Assembly (NCBI GenBank): GCA_030704615.1
Contig: CM060731.1
Span: forward strand, 55,304,001 to 55,368,000
DNA length: 64,000 nt
Reading direction: 5' to 3'
Origin: Takakia lepidozioides
Lineage: Eukaryota > Plantae > Bryophyta
Below, in pieces: positions 48,725-62,022 of the stretch. Position 1 is the first letter of the stretch. Each line of letters opens with the position of its first letter. The translations under genes and the position numbers were made by a program. The notes beneath the pieces were generated by a model, which saw nothing but the letters and a program-made list of their open reading frames with translations, was not told the origin of the DNA and did not search any database.

Positions 48725-51700
48725 TTACTGATTGCGATTAGCAAACCTTTGTGAGTGAGCACCTTTCTGACGTTGAGAGTTTCGTGGCGGACTGTGTGTA
48801 CGAGCCCGAGGTCTGTCTCTGGTTGACGGAGATGTTTGAACACTACCTGGATAAGTGAGGCCCTCTGGAGGATGATATCGAGGTAACCTTTCAGGCATAG
48901 GAGACCCCCGTCGCTTCTTCTCTGCCATCTGAATTGCATAGTCTTCTCCCATGTCAAAAGAATTCGGTGAAGAAACAGTTGTATCAGAATCCTCATCGCC
49001 TCTCAGGTGTTTTAATTTTTGAACTTTTTGTGGAATCCTCTGGGGCATACAATGTTGTCCTACCATGTCTGGAAGTTTATACTTTTCAACTTGCTGTAAC
49101 CGCTGAACAGCAAAATTGGTGTAGACACTGAGCTCCTTGTCTGTCCAGGTGAGTGGGGTACCAATTACTTGTGCGGCGTGCAAGTATTTCCATGCCACAT
49201 GTCCCTTATAGAAAATATCATCAATGCCGAATTTCTGTGTTGACAAATTGTTCCAGGCCGCTTGAAACCATGAACGAATTTGAGAATCCTTTTGCATCAT
49301 AACTTTTGCGTCATATAGGTACATATGAGGTGGCACCAAAGGTAATACCCATCCCACTGGAATAACTCAGAAAGCGCGCTTGCATCTTTTGTTGCTCAAT
49401 GTGATAACGTACCAGAAAACAAGCAGCGTAGTATAACCCGCATCCCATGACAATACTTGCTACCTCCTTGGTCTTGGTATAAATGAATCCATGTACAACC
49501 TGGAAAGCAATTAATTCCCTCAACATGTACCTGCCTCGTGCAGTACTGTGCAAAGTGATGATCCTCAATTGGTCGATTGTTCGGAAGAACTTTAGTCCTA
49601 GTTGCCACTGGCAGCCAAATGCGCATATTTGGTAGTAATGTGCGAATGACTGCGGAGGACTAAATTCTTTCCAAGCCAAATCCAACATGATGGGAATTTG
49701 GTTGAAGGGCATAATCATAGCCCTACTGTACTCCCTTGCAGCTGGAGTTTTAGGTGGGTTAAAAGCAGCATTGCCCCATACCTCAGGCTGTGGTGGCTGC
49801 GGTGTGGTTGTAGTAACAACAGGTTCAGCTACTGGTACAGTGACTTGTTGTGGTGTTGGTGGTACTGGCTCTTGTATCATTGGCATCTCCTGCACCTCCT
49901 GTGAAGACTGAAAAGCCAAAGTTCTGGCTTGTAAATAAGAAGCATTAGCTGTTCCTGAGGGATATAGACTCTTTTGTCGATGTTTGAAGTGAGGTCCTCC
50001 ACTTGAGTCTGCAGTCCGTCTACATCCTCCTGTAACTCTGCTATCCTACTATAGACATTGTCTATAGTAGTTGTGGCAATGTTCTGCACTTGCAGTCTGA
50101 GCTCATTCATCTCGCTTTGGGTGAGCTTTCGTGGTGCTTTGCCCTCCACTGGCCCTTGTGCTAACCAGACCTGCATAAGGCTGTTATCCACCAAGTTGCT
50201 TGTGGTTTCCCTGAGAGTTTGCTCCTCTCTTAGCTTGTACACTTCTAACTGCTGTTGTAAAGCCTCCATGCGCTTCGCATGAGGTTCAACCAAATTCGCA
50301 TAAGCAGCAAGTAGATTATTAGCTTCCTTCCAAGCCTTGTTAGTGACCGTGATTTCATTTCTATTGGCCATGAGCGTTTGTTGCAACTCCACGATGTGCT
50401 TCTCTTGATCAGCTTCAACCTGCCTGTATTGCTTGAAAGTATCCTCATTGCGACAGATTGTATTCTTCATATCGACAATGAGTTTCATTTGCTCAACATT
50501 CTCTTCTTCTGCCTTCGTACTTTTTCCGCTTGACTGTTTATTTCTTTTGTAGATTGGTCAAGCATAGTTGTGAATGTAGCACATTGTATGGCCATCCTGT
50601 CATGCACTGTCTGCAACTCCGTATGTAGTGCATTCACTTCTTGCAACTTGCTTTCATGCTGCACCTGCATTTGGTATAGCTGTTGCTTATGTGCTTCGTG
50701 CAACTGGTCTTGCGCGAGGCCTGCCTCAATCAATTGTTCCTTGGCCAATTGCAAAGCCGCTTCTGTATTTCCAAGTTCTGCTGCATCTTGAGAGTGACCT
50801 CTTCATCGACCTTGTTTGCACACTCAGTGGCTAGTCGAGCCTCAAACTCCTTCCTGAGTTCCTCTCTCAAGGCTGTCAATTGGGTAGTTGGAACATGGGA
50901 TTTGACATAAGTCCCAACAAATTAAGTGTCCTGCCTATGGAACTCATCAGCATTGCTGTTGAGGGTCATCATGGTGAGGTTGCTGCTGTTCCTCCTGATC
51001 CTCAACAGTGTGATGTCTCACGAACCATTCAGGCCATTGTCCCACCGGATTTTCTTCCTGAACCACTTCATCTATCACCGGTGCTACAGTGTCATGACTT
51101 CTGCTGTGGTACCTCGACACAGGTGTGTGTATTATATGCACCTCAGGATTTCCCTTGGGCAACTGTTGCACCTCTGGAATCTGTCTCCTTGACCAGACCA
51201 GAATATTCATAGAGAAGGTCCCCCTTCTCAATTTCTGCCACTATCTGTTCTGTAGTTGGAATATCTAACCCTTCTCTTTCCAAATCAATTATTTCTGGTT
51301 GAGCTGCATGGAACTTGTAACCTTGTGACAAGCCGATCAGCTGGCTGTGATGGTTGTGATACTGAAGTAACTTCCTCCTCCTCTCTGAAGGTCCTGCTTC
51401 CAGTAATAGCATTTCTCTGTGCTGCTGTGCCCCTTCCTGCACATGAGCTTGGGAAACATTATCATGCGGAATCCGTGAAGCCAGTGGATCCGCCACTACA
51501 GTCTTTCCCCTCTCTGCCTCTTAGTCTCGGGTTGCCCTGCTAGTCCACCCTCACTGTGTGTGAGCCTTGCTCTTCCATTGCAGTGGTTTCTGGCTCAAAC
51601 ACTCCCATCTCCTTTCTTTCTTGCGCATCAAGTATGCCAGAATCAAGAATTATTTGAGCAATGATTGGGCCAGACACTATGATAGGAGACTTTGCGGTAG

Positions 51701-52360
51701 TACCTTGTAATCTTTTCATCTCCTCTACCAGTGCGTTGTACATTATGTCCGCCCATTCTACCTCTTGTCCCTTCAGGGCTTTGAGTATTTCCTCTGTGAA
51801 GGATCTGCTCAAATACTGTTGGTTCTGTTTCATGGCAATCAGAACGTTCAATACCTGGCCTACCTCCTTTAGCCCTGGGTACAGCCTTGGTACAAGCATA
51901 ACCCTGAGTTTTAAAGAAACTCCTTCTTGGAATAAGTCCCCTATTTGCAGTCTTGCCCTGTGTTCCTCCACATGCACTGACCTGCTGGCAATCGAAAACA
52001 ATTGCTGGAGGTATAGGGGAGTAAACTAATTCAACTCCCTTCACCGTTGTTGTTCCTGTCCTTGGCTCAAAGTTCTGCAAAAATTGTAACATGTACTGTC
52101 TATGGTGTAATGCTTTGCAATCCTTGCAATCTCAGCTCCTTCAGTATCTGTATCGCCTGTGGGGTAGCAATCGTTTGTTTCTGCAGAATTGTGGTGCTCT
52201 TCACCCTGATTTCCTCCATTCCTCTCACTCTCTTCATTTTAGACTCACAGAAATGTTTTGGCTGTAACAACTGCAGAAATGCCTGTAGTGCACAAAGCAT
52301 AAACGTATGGTTGCCACAAAAAGCTATGGGTAATTTCTTGTAAGCCTGCGGGGCTTGCAA
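48725..52360 (-). pseudogene. Large extra ORF between integrase and 3' LTR (env-like position), coiled-coil rich
   Basis: Chain of overlapping same-strand ORFs (86, 153, 117, 94, 89, 203, 202 and 210 aa) joined by frameshifts, ending just before the PPT. Confidence 0.65.
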
Positions 52361-52875
52361 GCATCGCTCAAGAGAAAAGATCCGCTCTGTTCTTCGTCCT
52401 ATGCCACTGCGTAAGTAATATTGCGAGCGTATAGTCTGTTAGTTCCTCCATAGTTTCAAAGCTATAGCATTGATGGTCTGTCCCGTCGAGACGCCCGTTA
52501 CTCAGAACGACGCCGCCTCTTGCGCTTAATTTCCCTCCAATTTCTTGATCCTTTCTCTGGCTTTCTATTGGCTGTAACCGCTGTGACTGGATTTTAGATT
52601 TCATTTTCTTTAGTGGACTTTCCCTGCTGGATAGTCCACTAGGATCACACATGTGACAAGAATTTCGCTTTTCTGTACTTGCCGTTTGTTCCGTTCCCCT
52701 TTTTCCGTATTCATTAATGGGCCCGCCTTTCATCCATTTTGACGGCCGGTCTTGTCCTCTTTCTTTTTGACACCTGTTCTTGCACTTCCTTCTCAGCTGT
52801 GTGTCGCGCCCTGACTTCCACGTGTCTATTTTTAAACTGGTTTTCCGTTTTTCTTCCGTCAGCCATTTTCCTGAA

Positions 52876-53105
52876 GCTGTGATAGGCTGTGACACACGGT
52901 GGTAGGTTGTGATAGGCTGTGTTGTGCCGTGCTGGGCTGTGATAGGCTGTGTCACACATTGTGATGGCTGTGATAGGCTATGTTTCGCCTTGATGGACTG
53001 TGATAGGCTATGCTTCGCCTTGCTGGGCTGTAATAGGCTGTGTTGCGCCGTGCTGGGCTGTGATAGGTTGTGTTTCGCCGTGCTGGGCTGTGATAGGCTG
53101 TGTTT
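52876..53105. repeat. 30-bp tandem repeat (GCTGTGATAGGCTGTGTT...GTGCTGG)
   Basis: About eight units between pol and the extra ORF. Confidence 0.85.
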
Positions 53106-53289
53106 CGCCTATTCCGCCCGCCCTGGTCATATATGCTTGGCCTAGCGACAATTGCTCCATACTCCTGTTTGGTAACACTGGTGCAGCCCGTGACTGCTCT
53201 TGGCGTTTCAACATGCAAATCATGCTGCAATGGTTTGTCATGGATACCACTGTATCCCTTTAACTTATTAGCATGACTCTTCCCAGTAT

Positions 53290-54952
53290 TTATTGTTAAT
53301 GGTTTGTAAACATTGCGGTGTTGTTATCATACATTCTTTGTATGACATAAGGTCCCTTCCATGGTGATTTAAGCTTAGAAGCTTTAATCTTTCCTTTCTT
53401 CTGCAACATAGAACCAATCCTCCCCCGTCTTAAAAGTCTTTAACTTGTCTTCATCAAACTGTTCCTTTCTCTTCATTTGAATTCTGGTCATATTATCAGC
53501 TGCATCAGCACGTACTTCTTCCACATGGTATATTCATGTTTCCTGACCTTAATGGAATCTTGCAATTCCATTCTCTTTCCCACTCCGTTCTCATCATGGT
53601 AGGTTACAGGAATTCCACTGGAAGTAAGGCTTCCATACCATAAACTAATTGGAATGGTGTATACTTAGTGTGGACTTTATATGAAGTCCCTGTATGACCA
53701 CAAAGCTGTCAGCAGCTTTATCCCAATCCGTTCTGTTTGCATTGACTATCTTAGCCAAGATAGTACATAGTATTTTGTTGGTAGCCTCTGCCTGCCCATT
53801 ACCCTGTGGTAATATTTGTACTCTTTCTATGCACAATCATGAACTCTTTAGTCAACAACTCAATGGTCTCATTCATGAAGTGACTTCCCTGATCACTGAC
53901 AAATTCTAAGGACAGCCAAATCGTGTAAGTATGTCTCATACAGGAACCTTGCTGTGGACTTGGCTGTGTTGTCCCTCAAAGCTTTAGCTTCCACCCACTT
54001 CGTAGTATATAATCAGTGGCTGTAATTATGTACCTGTTCCCATGTATTCTTGGCTGTGGGTTAATTGTCCACAAAGTCTAGTCCCCATTTCTGAAATGGT
54101 TCGTAGGCATTGTAGGATGCAAGGCCATCCTTCCAGATCTCTGCAAAGGTCCTAGCCTCTGACATTCATCACAACTCTGACAATACTTGTGTACATCTTG
54201 AACAAAGTAGCCCACCAGTAACCTGTGAGTAGTAGCTTCCTACTGGTAGTCTCTTCTCCAAAATGACCTCCAGCCACTCCTTTATGAACTTCCTCCAAAA
54301 CTTTATTTACTTCATGGTGGTACAAGCATCGTTTTAGTACTCCATCAGGTCTAGCTTATACATTCTGCTTCCTCCATAGTATAAGGTAAGCTTTGATAGC
54401 GATTCTCTTCCTCTGCTCTTACCATAACTAGGTGGGCACTGACCATAGAGCAAGGTAGTATCTGATTGGCCACTGCCAATCTAACCAGTCATCTGCACTT
54501 CCCTGCACCCTCCACTGCAAATAGACTCGCATCTGGTAATTGATCATCTTTCATGTGGCTGGTTCTCCTGTTGATAACCGTGACAAGTGAATCCGCCACA
54601 AGATGCAGTCTCCCAGGCTTGTAACAACCTCGAACTCAAACTCGTGCAAGATTATCAACCATCTTGCTATTCTTCCCGCTTATCAGAGGTTTGTTTACCA
54701 GTATATCAGAGCCTGGTGATCCACATAGAACATAAACTTCTTGCCCAACAGGTAATGCCTGAATTTCTTCACTGCATAGATCATTGCCAATGCTTCTCTT
54801 TCCATTGTGCTATAGTTCCTTTCAGCACTGTTCATCAACCTGCTAGCATAGTACACAGGTGAATCTATATTTCCTGTAACATTCTGGCGCTAACACCGCT
54901 CCCAACGCTTCTCCTGATGCATCACAGTGAACATGAAATACTACATGCCAGT
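53290..54952 (-). pseudogene. G1 RNase H-integrase (degenerate)
   Basis: PQGNGQAEATNK integrase motif, WKGPY. Matches 1-1005. Confidence 0.88.
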
Positions 54953-56534
54953 GACTACGTTGGAAATTCCGGGCCGAGTTCCGTCGATTTTCATCCGACA
55001 TGGAGGGCTTCATCCGACAGTTAATTGCGCAGTTGGGCAATAAATGTCCACCGCCATCCGTTTTCATTGGGCTGGCGACACATGGCTTCCTGGATACGTA
55101 CCCTAAAATCTGATGCTAATCTTGGCTTAACATGCTATTCGAGGCATGTACCCCAAAAACGGAGATCTTTTTCCATTTTGGCTGGGACTTATGCCTCCTG
55201 AAGGGCGTGGCTCTCCTGAGAGAGACCTCACATCCAGACCGAGGCGGAAGTTGAAAGCTCTGTACTACGGACGACGGCCAATCTCTCGCAGGCCAAACTG
55301 AAGCTCCAGCAGGAGATTCCAGTGTCTTTGCTCACAACCCGCGCCAACTGAAGCCGAGTACTCTCAGGCAAGCCACTGCTTTCGCTTTGTTCGATTTCGC
55401 TTTTTGCTTTGCTTTCGCTTTCGCTTTGTTGCCTCTCGCTTTGTTTTTGCATCTTCATCCTGGCTTCGCTGATGAGTGAACCTTAGATAGTTGAGTGAAC
55501 TTAGTTGTTTGCATGTGTGTGCAATCAGGCGCTCTGGAGAAGGCTGCTTGTGCATGTCATTCTCAGGCATGGTTGCATTTGTTTTCATTGTTGTTGCATG
55601 GCTCTCCATACTTCCTAACCTTGTGATGTTTTTATTTTTGTTACAACTATGTTGCTATGGTGGTTGCGCTGCTCGTTGCGATGCTGGTTTTGGCACCGAT
55701 GTTGGTTCTCACGATTTTTGGGAATGACCGAGTACGACGAGCCGACACGCTGGTGGTATCATTGATAGCTCCAACTCATCGCATGTTTTGAATCGCCCAA
55801 CTTTGGGCGAGAGGGCAAACTTAATTACCCTTTTGTTGGTGGACGGGAGGACTTGCAACGAAGTACGACAGAATAGGCATTGGGGAGGTTGGTGCAGGCG
55901 GCATGGAAGGTGAAGGCGTGAGGAACATGAGGACAGCAGATCCGGCAAATGGAGGTTGTTGATGAACATGCAAGAGGCCCGCCCACGTAAAGAAAAAGAA
56001 GAAAGCTAAGCACATGCAATCCCCGGCGAGAGAGCCGTCACGGGCTGCGGAGGGGGAGTGAGCAGTGCGCGCGAGGGTGTCCGTTCGCCTCAATCAAAGG
56101 TGGTCGTCCTGGAGGGCTCCCCTGCTGCTAGCCCTAGTAAGAAATAGAAAGCCCATGAGAGGGCACAAGAGAGGGCAAAAGAACAGACGAGACAGAATGC
56201 TAGCCAGGAGGAAAGAGAAAAGGCCACTGAAGAGGCCAGGGGTGCCCAATGACAGATGCCAATGTAAGCGAGGACGCACAGAGACGGTGGATTCCCTCCA
56301 AGACACACAAAGAAGAGCAGTAACACACCGGTTAGACCATCGCGGGCAAGAGCAGCCCCTGCAATTACCCATACGGTGGAGAGTGGAGGAGAGGAAAGAA
56401 CACCACAAAGAGCACGGATTGTGCAAGTTTGAGGTGAAGCCAGGGAGAGGGCAGTAGAGACGGGGAGAGTGCTGGAGGTGGTTTCGCAGGTGGCTGACCC
56501 TGTTGAGGAGGACGACAATGAGCTTTCTGACCAG
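54953..56534. other. Unclassified insertion in G1 pol, possibly the left end of a CACTA-like element
   Basis: Interrupts pol. Begins (G)ACTACGTTGGAAA with short TCCGAC/GTCGA repeats. No right TIR. About 85 bp of host missing. Confidence 0.4.
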
Positions 56535-58008
56535 GCATCTTTCTTCAGTAGCTTGCTCAATGTTGCTGCTATTTGTGCATACCTTTTAACAAATCTTCTG
56601 TAATAACTGGTTTGCCCAAGGAATCTCCTTAGACTCTAACATTCACTGGTGGTGGAGAGGCTTTAATGGCCTCTGTCTTCCTGGGATCCCCAAGAAGTCC
56701 CTTCTACACACAATGTGTCCCAGAAGCACCTTGATTTCACACAGAAAGTACACTTCTCTGGATTCAGGCCCAGACCTCTCATCCTGCATCTGGCCAGACA
56801 AACTCCAATTTACGCAAGTGCTCATTCTTAAGCTGTACACACTGAATCACCAAGAATACCTGCATGAAATCATCCAGATACTCATGAAAAGATTCACTTA
56901 TCACTCTCTGAAAGGTTGCTGGTGCATTACAAAGTCCCAAGGGCATGACTGTGTATGCATAAGCACCCTTGTTTGTGATGAAAGCTGTCTTTCCTTGATC
57001 TTCTTCTGCCACTTGCACTTGATTATAAACCACTGAACCCATCCATGAATGAGTACATCTCATGGCCTGCCACAGTGTCTAATACTGCTTCTGAATGGCA
57101 AAGGGAAAGGATCTTTCTTCGTACAAGCATTCAGCTTCTTGTAGTTTCACACAAACTCTTAGTTTACCATTCTTCTTGGGAACTATTCACAATGGGTGAC
57201 AACCAAGTTGTATACTCTATTGGATTATAAACTTAGCCTCAGCCAACTTCTTAATCTCTTCTCCAACCTTCTGTGCGTAGTTGGGATTCATTCTCATCTG
57301 TATCTTAACTCCTCTTATCAATCCCAATGGCTGTACACTTCTTTGATCTGCCATTGTTACTGTAAATGGGGCTGGTTTCATGTTACTTAGACCAAGCTTC
57401 TTTCTTAATTGGTCTGTCATGATATCACTCCAGAACCTCCATCTATCAGTACATCAGTTAGTTTCTGTGCTTCTAATTCTCAATTGGATTACTGGCATAG
57501 AATCATCAAAGTCCATGACTGTTTCTCGCCCCTCCGGCTTCACATTGTAACTGGTCACCTTGCTGTTCAGGTCTGTGTTTCCTGTCTCCTGGGCAATTCG
57601 ATTGATTGCTTGATACAGCCTGTGCCTACAATAAGGTGCCACAGCTAATAGCTGTCCAATGGTAATTTCTGCTTTGGTCTAGCATATTACTTCAGCCAAA
57701 GTCTCTTCATTACTTTGCATGTCTGCATCTTCTTTCTTCCTTTCTTCCTCACTCCCTTCTTCTTCTCATCAGAATCAAGGAATCTGCCACAGGAGTCAGT
57801 ACACTTTTGCATTTCCCTTATAGTACTGCCACTTTCCTTTGCAGTTCCTTCTCATCTTCCAAGTCTCTTCATCTCAGGCAATCATTGCCACCTTCATTAT
57901 CATCTCTTCCTCTACTACTGGAGGTATTAGTTTGGCTTTGCTTCTTGTTACTATCATTGTACTTACTTCTGGTACAACACATGGCCTAACCATGTGAGCT
58001 GCCACCAT
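56535..58008 (-). pseudogene. G1 gag/protease/RT remnants with deletions
   Basis: Homologous to 8400-10200, with a deletion fusing protease to RT near 57297. Confidence 0.88.
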
Positions 58009-59317
58009 CCTCCATCTTTGCTTCCGATCTTGCTCTCCGCCCGATCTCCTCTCATGCATGACCCCGAAGTGCTCCCAAGAATCATCCTCCAAAAAGCCCC
58101 CTACTCAGTCCTTGCTTCTCCCTTTATCTTCCTACCCATGGCTCTAACCGTTTATCCCCTCCCCTCACCACCGTCGTCCGTGAACTAACATGTTCCATTT
58201 GCAGGTGTTGTTTCCCCACAGTCGTTCCCTGTCCTGCTCTCCGTTCCCTATGATCGTGACAGCTGTGTCAAGCTGTGACTGGCTGTGTGAAACTGTGACG
58301 GGCTATTATTGGCTGTGCGACTGTGTTTGGCTGTGTCGGGCTGTGACTGGCTGTGTGGCTGTGTCGGTTGTGACGGGCTGTGACTGGCTGTGTAACCCCC
58401 CTCTACAGTGTGCTGCTGTCACCCCTAAGGCTCCTGTTGGTCTCAGTCTGTGCAAAAATTAAGGGTACCCTACAGATCCCGTATAAGTGTCTAAGTCCCA
58501 GACAGTCCTCTAACACAGTCGTCACAGTCGACACAGCCAACACAGCCCGTCACAGCCGACACAGCCACACAGCCAGTCACAGCCCGACACAGCCAAACAC
58601 AGTCCCACAGCCAGTCACAGCCCGTCACAGTTTCACATAGCCAGTCACAGCTTGACACAGCTGTCACGACCATAGGGAACGGAGAGCAGGACAGGGATTG
58701 ACTGTGGGGAAACAACACCTGCAAATGGAACATGTTAGTTCACGGACGACGGTTAGTGAGGGAAACGGTTAGAGCCACGGGTAGGAAGATAAAGGGAGAA
58801 GCAAGGACTGAGTAGGGGGATTTTTCTTGGGAAGCACTTCTGGGTCATGCATGAGAGGAGATCGGGCGGAGAGCAAGATCGGAAGCAAAGATGGAGAGCA
58901 CGGTGAAGGAGGAAAGAGGATTAGTAGATGCTTGTTATATGCAAAGCGATAGTGATATAGTAGAGCAGATTAGAGACACAATGGCTTCGGCCTGATATCT
59001 GATAAATCATAATCTGATACTTATACGATACAATCACACTGTGTAGAGAGATCTGAGTGAAGCTGTGGAATGAATGGATGAGTTGATGGAACCCGATAGA
59101 TTGATGAAGCAAACTGATACTTAATTATCAAATGGTAAGGTAGTTAACATGAATGCGGAAAGGGAAACAAATAGGAAACACCCCCATGATACACTAGCTG
59201 GAGGTCATGAATGATTGTTCTGCGCGGGTTGAGTACTTAGAGATTTCCAACTCTTCTATCTTGGAGTTTCCGCCTCGGATAGCGAAGGGATGGGTGAGTA
59301 AAAGCCGCGTGACATTT

Positions 59318-59335
59318 TGGCGACCATACTGGGGA
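59318..59335 (+). promoter_or_regulatory. Primer-binding site TGGCGACCATACTGGGGA (tRNA-Arg-like, Ogre/Tat type)
   Basis: 3 nt after the LTR end. Resembles the TGGCGAC...CTGGGGA PBS of Ogre/Tat elements. Confidence 0.75.
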
Positions 59336-59476
59336 ACTGAGTCATGAACAACCAGATGTGACAGGCATCTGGTGGGATCATGGTGGTTGGACCATTAAAG
59401 AATTTGAAGTGAATCAAATTCCCTGTGGAACGAAGGAAGAAAGATTGTCCAAACAATTCTTTCAAAGGTTCTTGAA

Positions 59477-59902
59477 TTGCCAGACGGTTGTAAAGAAAAT
59501 ATTCTTAAGCGAGTGCATGATGCTGATCTGGAATGGGGTCTGGAGAAAGGAGTGATAAAGATTTATCAGGTAGCCTGTAGAGGAAGAGCACGTTGGTTAC
59601 CAACGTTGGTCTATGTGATAGCATTGCTATCCATTAAGCGAGTAGAGTTTGAAGGCTGGGAAGAAAGAAAGGTGAATGTTTATACTCATATGCATGAAGA
59701 GCTTGTACTGGTAAAGAATTGGATTCCAAAGGATATTTTGTGGATCAAACTCACACCAAGAACAGCTTTCCAGACTTGTTTGCCATATGGTTATATGGTA
59801 ACGGAGACTTCAAGTATAGCCAAGGGTGCATTGAAGCTTGAAAGAAACCCAGGCATATACGAGAGATATTACAGAAGAGAGTTTTGGTTATTGCCACATT
59901 AA
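59477..59902 (+). CDS. Extra 5' ORF of G1 (true start probably upstream, frameshifted)
   Basis: Lies between PBS and gag. Conserved in both copies. Confidence 0.65.
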   Translation: MPDGCKENILKRVHDADLEWGLEKGVIKIYQVACRGRARWLPTLVYVIALLSIKRVEFEGWEERKVNVYTHMHEELVLVKNWIPKDILWIKLTPRTAFQTCLPYGYMVTETSSIAKGALKLERNPGIYERYYRREFWLLPH

Positions 59903-59923
59903 AAGAAATGAAAGACATGGGAC

Positions 59924-60336
59924 ATGAGTGATAAAAGAGAAGCTAGACGCCAGAGATATTCAGTAAAAAGAGAAAGCTATCTGAAAGCTAATTATCCATA
60001 TCTTTGGGAGAGAGGAATAGACATAGGGGAATCATCTGGACCTCTCACACCATTAAGATCAAAGAGTACATCACCCATACCGGAAGAACTAGAGTTGGAT
60101 GCCACTCCTTCTGTTTCTTTGCAAGAAAGATTAAGGGAATTGGTACAGGAAGAAGATCAATCACGAGGTGAAAGATCTGAGGTACATCCCTGGATAAAAG
60201 ATTTGACAGAAATCTTTGATAAGAGTTGGCATGGAACACCAAAAGCAGGAACTCCAGTTTCTGAAGCGGAAGGTGAAGAAGGAGAAGAGGATGTGGCAGA
60301 GCCAACGGAGAGTTCAGACTCTCCAACACCATTATA
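59924..60336 (+). pseudogene. G1 gag N-terminus, truncated
   Basis: Matches 11640-12050 and is continuous across the frameshift seen there. Confidence 0.85.
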
Positions 60337-60757
60337 GGCCATGAGCAGAGTCGTAAGTGTCGAAAAAAACATGAGCAGGACTATTTTCCGGAAATGAGTG
60401 TCCGCGGGAATAGGGTTTAGGGTGTCACGGTCATAGGGGGAGAAGGACCTCCCGATGAAGGAGGTTCGACAATGTTTTTTAGAATTCATATTGAAAGGCA
60501 ATGTTTCGCGAATGGTAGGGTGGTACTGATCTGTACAATGGGGGCCCATTTCAGCCTACTAGCCACTTGCAAAATCCACCCACACTCCCAATCCCAAACG
60601 AAATGAGGAATGACGCATTTTGGGAATGATGGATACAGAATAGAACAAAAAGAGGGCACAATGGGATTTTTATTGATCCACATGAATTGCATTTGAAGCA
60701 CGTCTACTGTGCTGATTGTGCAAACAAATCTTTAGCCCTGTGCCTTCTGAATACAAG

Positions 60758-61321
60758 TCACGTTGTCAATGGGACTTCGACTGCTCTCACAACTAGCTCA
60801 TGAGTCTTCGGGCTCCTCCAGGTAAACTGGATTGCAGCCGTTGTACCGCCCCTGTTGATGTTCACCACAATGTCCTGCCCTTCAATCATACCACCATCGA
60901 ATATGGAAAGCTTCACGTTTTCGCCGTCCACACCAATGCGAATGTCCCCATACAATGGAGAAGATGAGCGCATTCCTTCAGGAGTATAAGTCTCTCCGAT
61001 GGAGTCCACCCACGTCCACTGGCAGCAGTTCCACCGCAACAGCATAGCAGTGCGCATTCTTCTGCATGGGTGCCCGTCGTAGCTGGGAAAATCGGAATCA
61101 AGGATGTGCAGGAGCCGCGGACTCCTCAGACCCAGATTGTCACCCCGCTCGAAGGCATACTGGCCTGGGAGATACTCAAAAGTGGACAATGTTTCCACAT
61201 TCAAACCAGTATCTTCTGTGTAATCTGTGTACCAGATAACGATGTCTCCCGATGTGGCCGAATACATTGCATAATCGATGCCTCCATAAGGGCAGTCGTC
61301 CCGGTTCCGGAAGCACGGCAT
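60758..61321 (-). CDS. Orphan protein ORF-X, second copy
   Basis: Intact, with mostly conservative substitutions versus 14969-15532. Confidence 0.75.
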   Translation of the reverse strand: MPCFRNRDDCPYGGIDYAMYSATSGDIVIWYTDYTEDTGLNVETLSTFEYLPGQYAFERGDNLGLRSPRLLHILDSDFPSYDGHPCRRMRTAMLLRWNCCQWTWVDSIGETYTPEGMRSSSPLYGDIRIGVDGENVKLSIFDGGMIEGQDIVVNINRGGTTAAIQFTWRSPKTHELVVRAVEVPLTT

Positions 61322-61877
61322 CCTTGCAAAGGAGGACCTGAGGACGTCTTTGATGCCGATGAAAATCACCTTGCGGACAGCAACGAAGCCCTTAGATTTT
61401 CGAAATGATGAGAAGCGGAAGAGCAGTGCGGGCTCCAATAATGGACCATCTGGGTCACAAGTACCCACCAATCATCGTGTAATGTGTTCAACAAGCCAGC
61501 GGTGGATGAACCGATACCTCTTTCTCATCCACGGGGTATAGTTTGAAATCTGCCACCGAAGTCCATCCCCCGGATGGAAATTCGGCACCACATTTACATC
61601 GAAGGGGGGATGGACTTCGTCGTCTTGAGTGGCTATAGGCCCACCTGGCACTTATTGCCCATAGTTTGCATGGCAGGGAAGGAAACTGAATCGGCTACAT
61701 CCATGGATGAGCCAATCTTCATCCCTGCAGGTTCCTGTAGGGGGGAAATTTAAATGTGCCCTGGAGTATTTGTGACTAATTGCAGCGTTTGCTTGAATTT
61801 CTTCCAGCCACCGCGCTGCTTCCTCCTCCATCCGGGAGCTGCTGTCATTGAGCGTACTGCGCTACTCTTTTTCAAGG

Positions 61878-61930
61878 ATGTCGTGCCGCCGAAATCCTAC
61901 TGACTGCCCTTATCATGGCCACGATTATGC
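61878..61930 (+). pseudogene. ORF-Y 5' stub
   Basis: MSCRRNPTDCPYHGHDYA, then homology is lost. Confidence 0.75.
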
Positions 61931-62022
61931 TTTTTGGGGTGCATTTCATTACACTGCAAAAAAAAGTCTGATACAGCAAAATGCAATTGAAAATATCCAT
62001 ATGGAGGATTCCCTTTGCCCCA

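Larger units (their letters stand above)
47804..58515 (-). mobile_element. G1 element (minus strand) with 5-bp TSD CAGTC, internally deleted
   Basis: 3' LTR 47804-48686, PPT 48689-48703, partial 5' LTR ~58009-58515. CAGTC at 47799-47803 and 58516-58520. Confidence 0.9.
47645..60336 (+). mobile_element. G1 element (plus strand): split 5' LTR 47645-47803 + 58521-59314, PBS, 5' ORF, gag start
   Basis: LTR halves rejoin across TSD CAGTC. LTR ends GCCGCGTGACA. Truncated by MULE C. Confidence 0.85.

Noticed and set aside
52368-53263. ORFs with TQPITAQHG / WAVIGCV repeats (also LTR ORFs at 48500 and 58190-58733)
   Set aside because: Products of the 30-bp tandem repeat and the CACAGCC tracts; no coding evidence.
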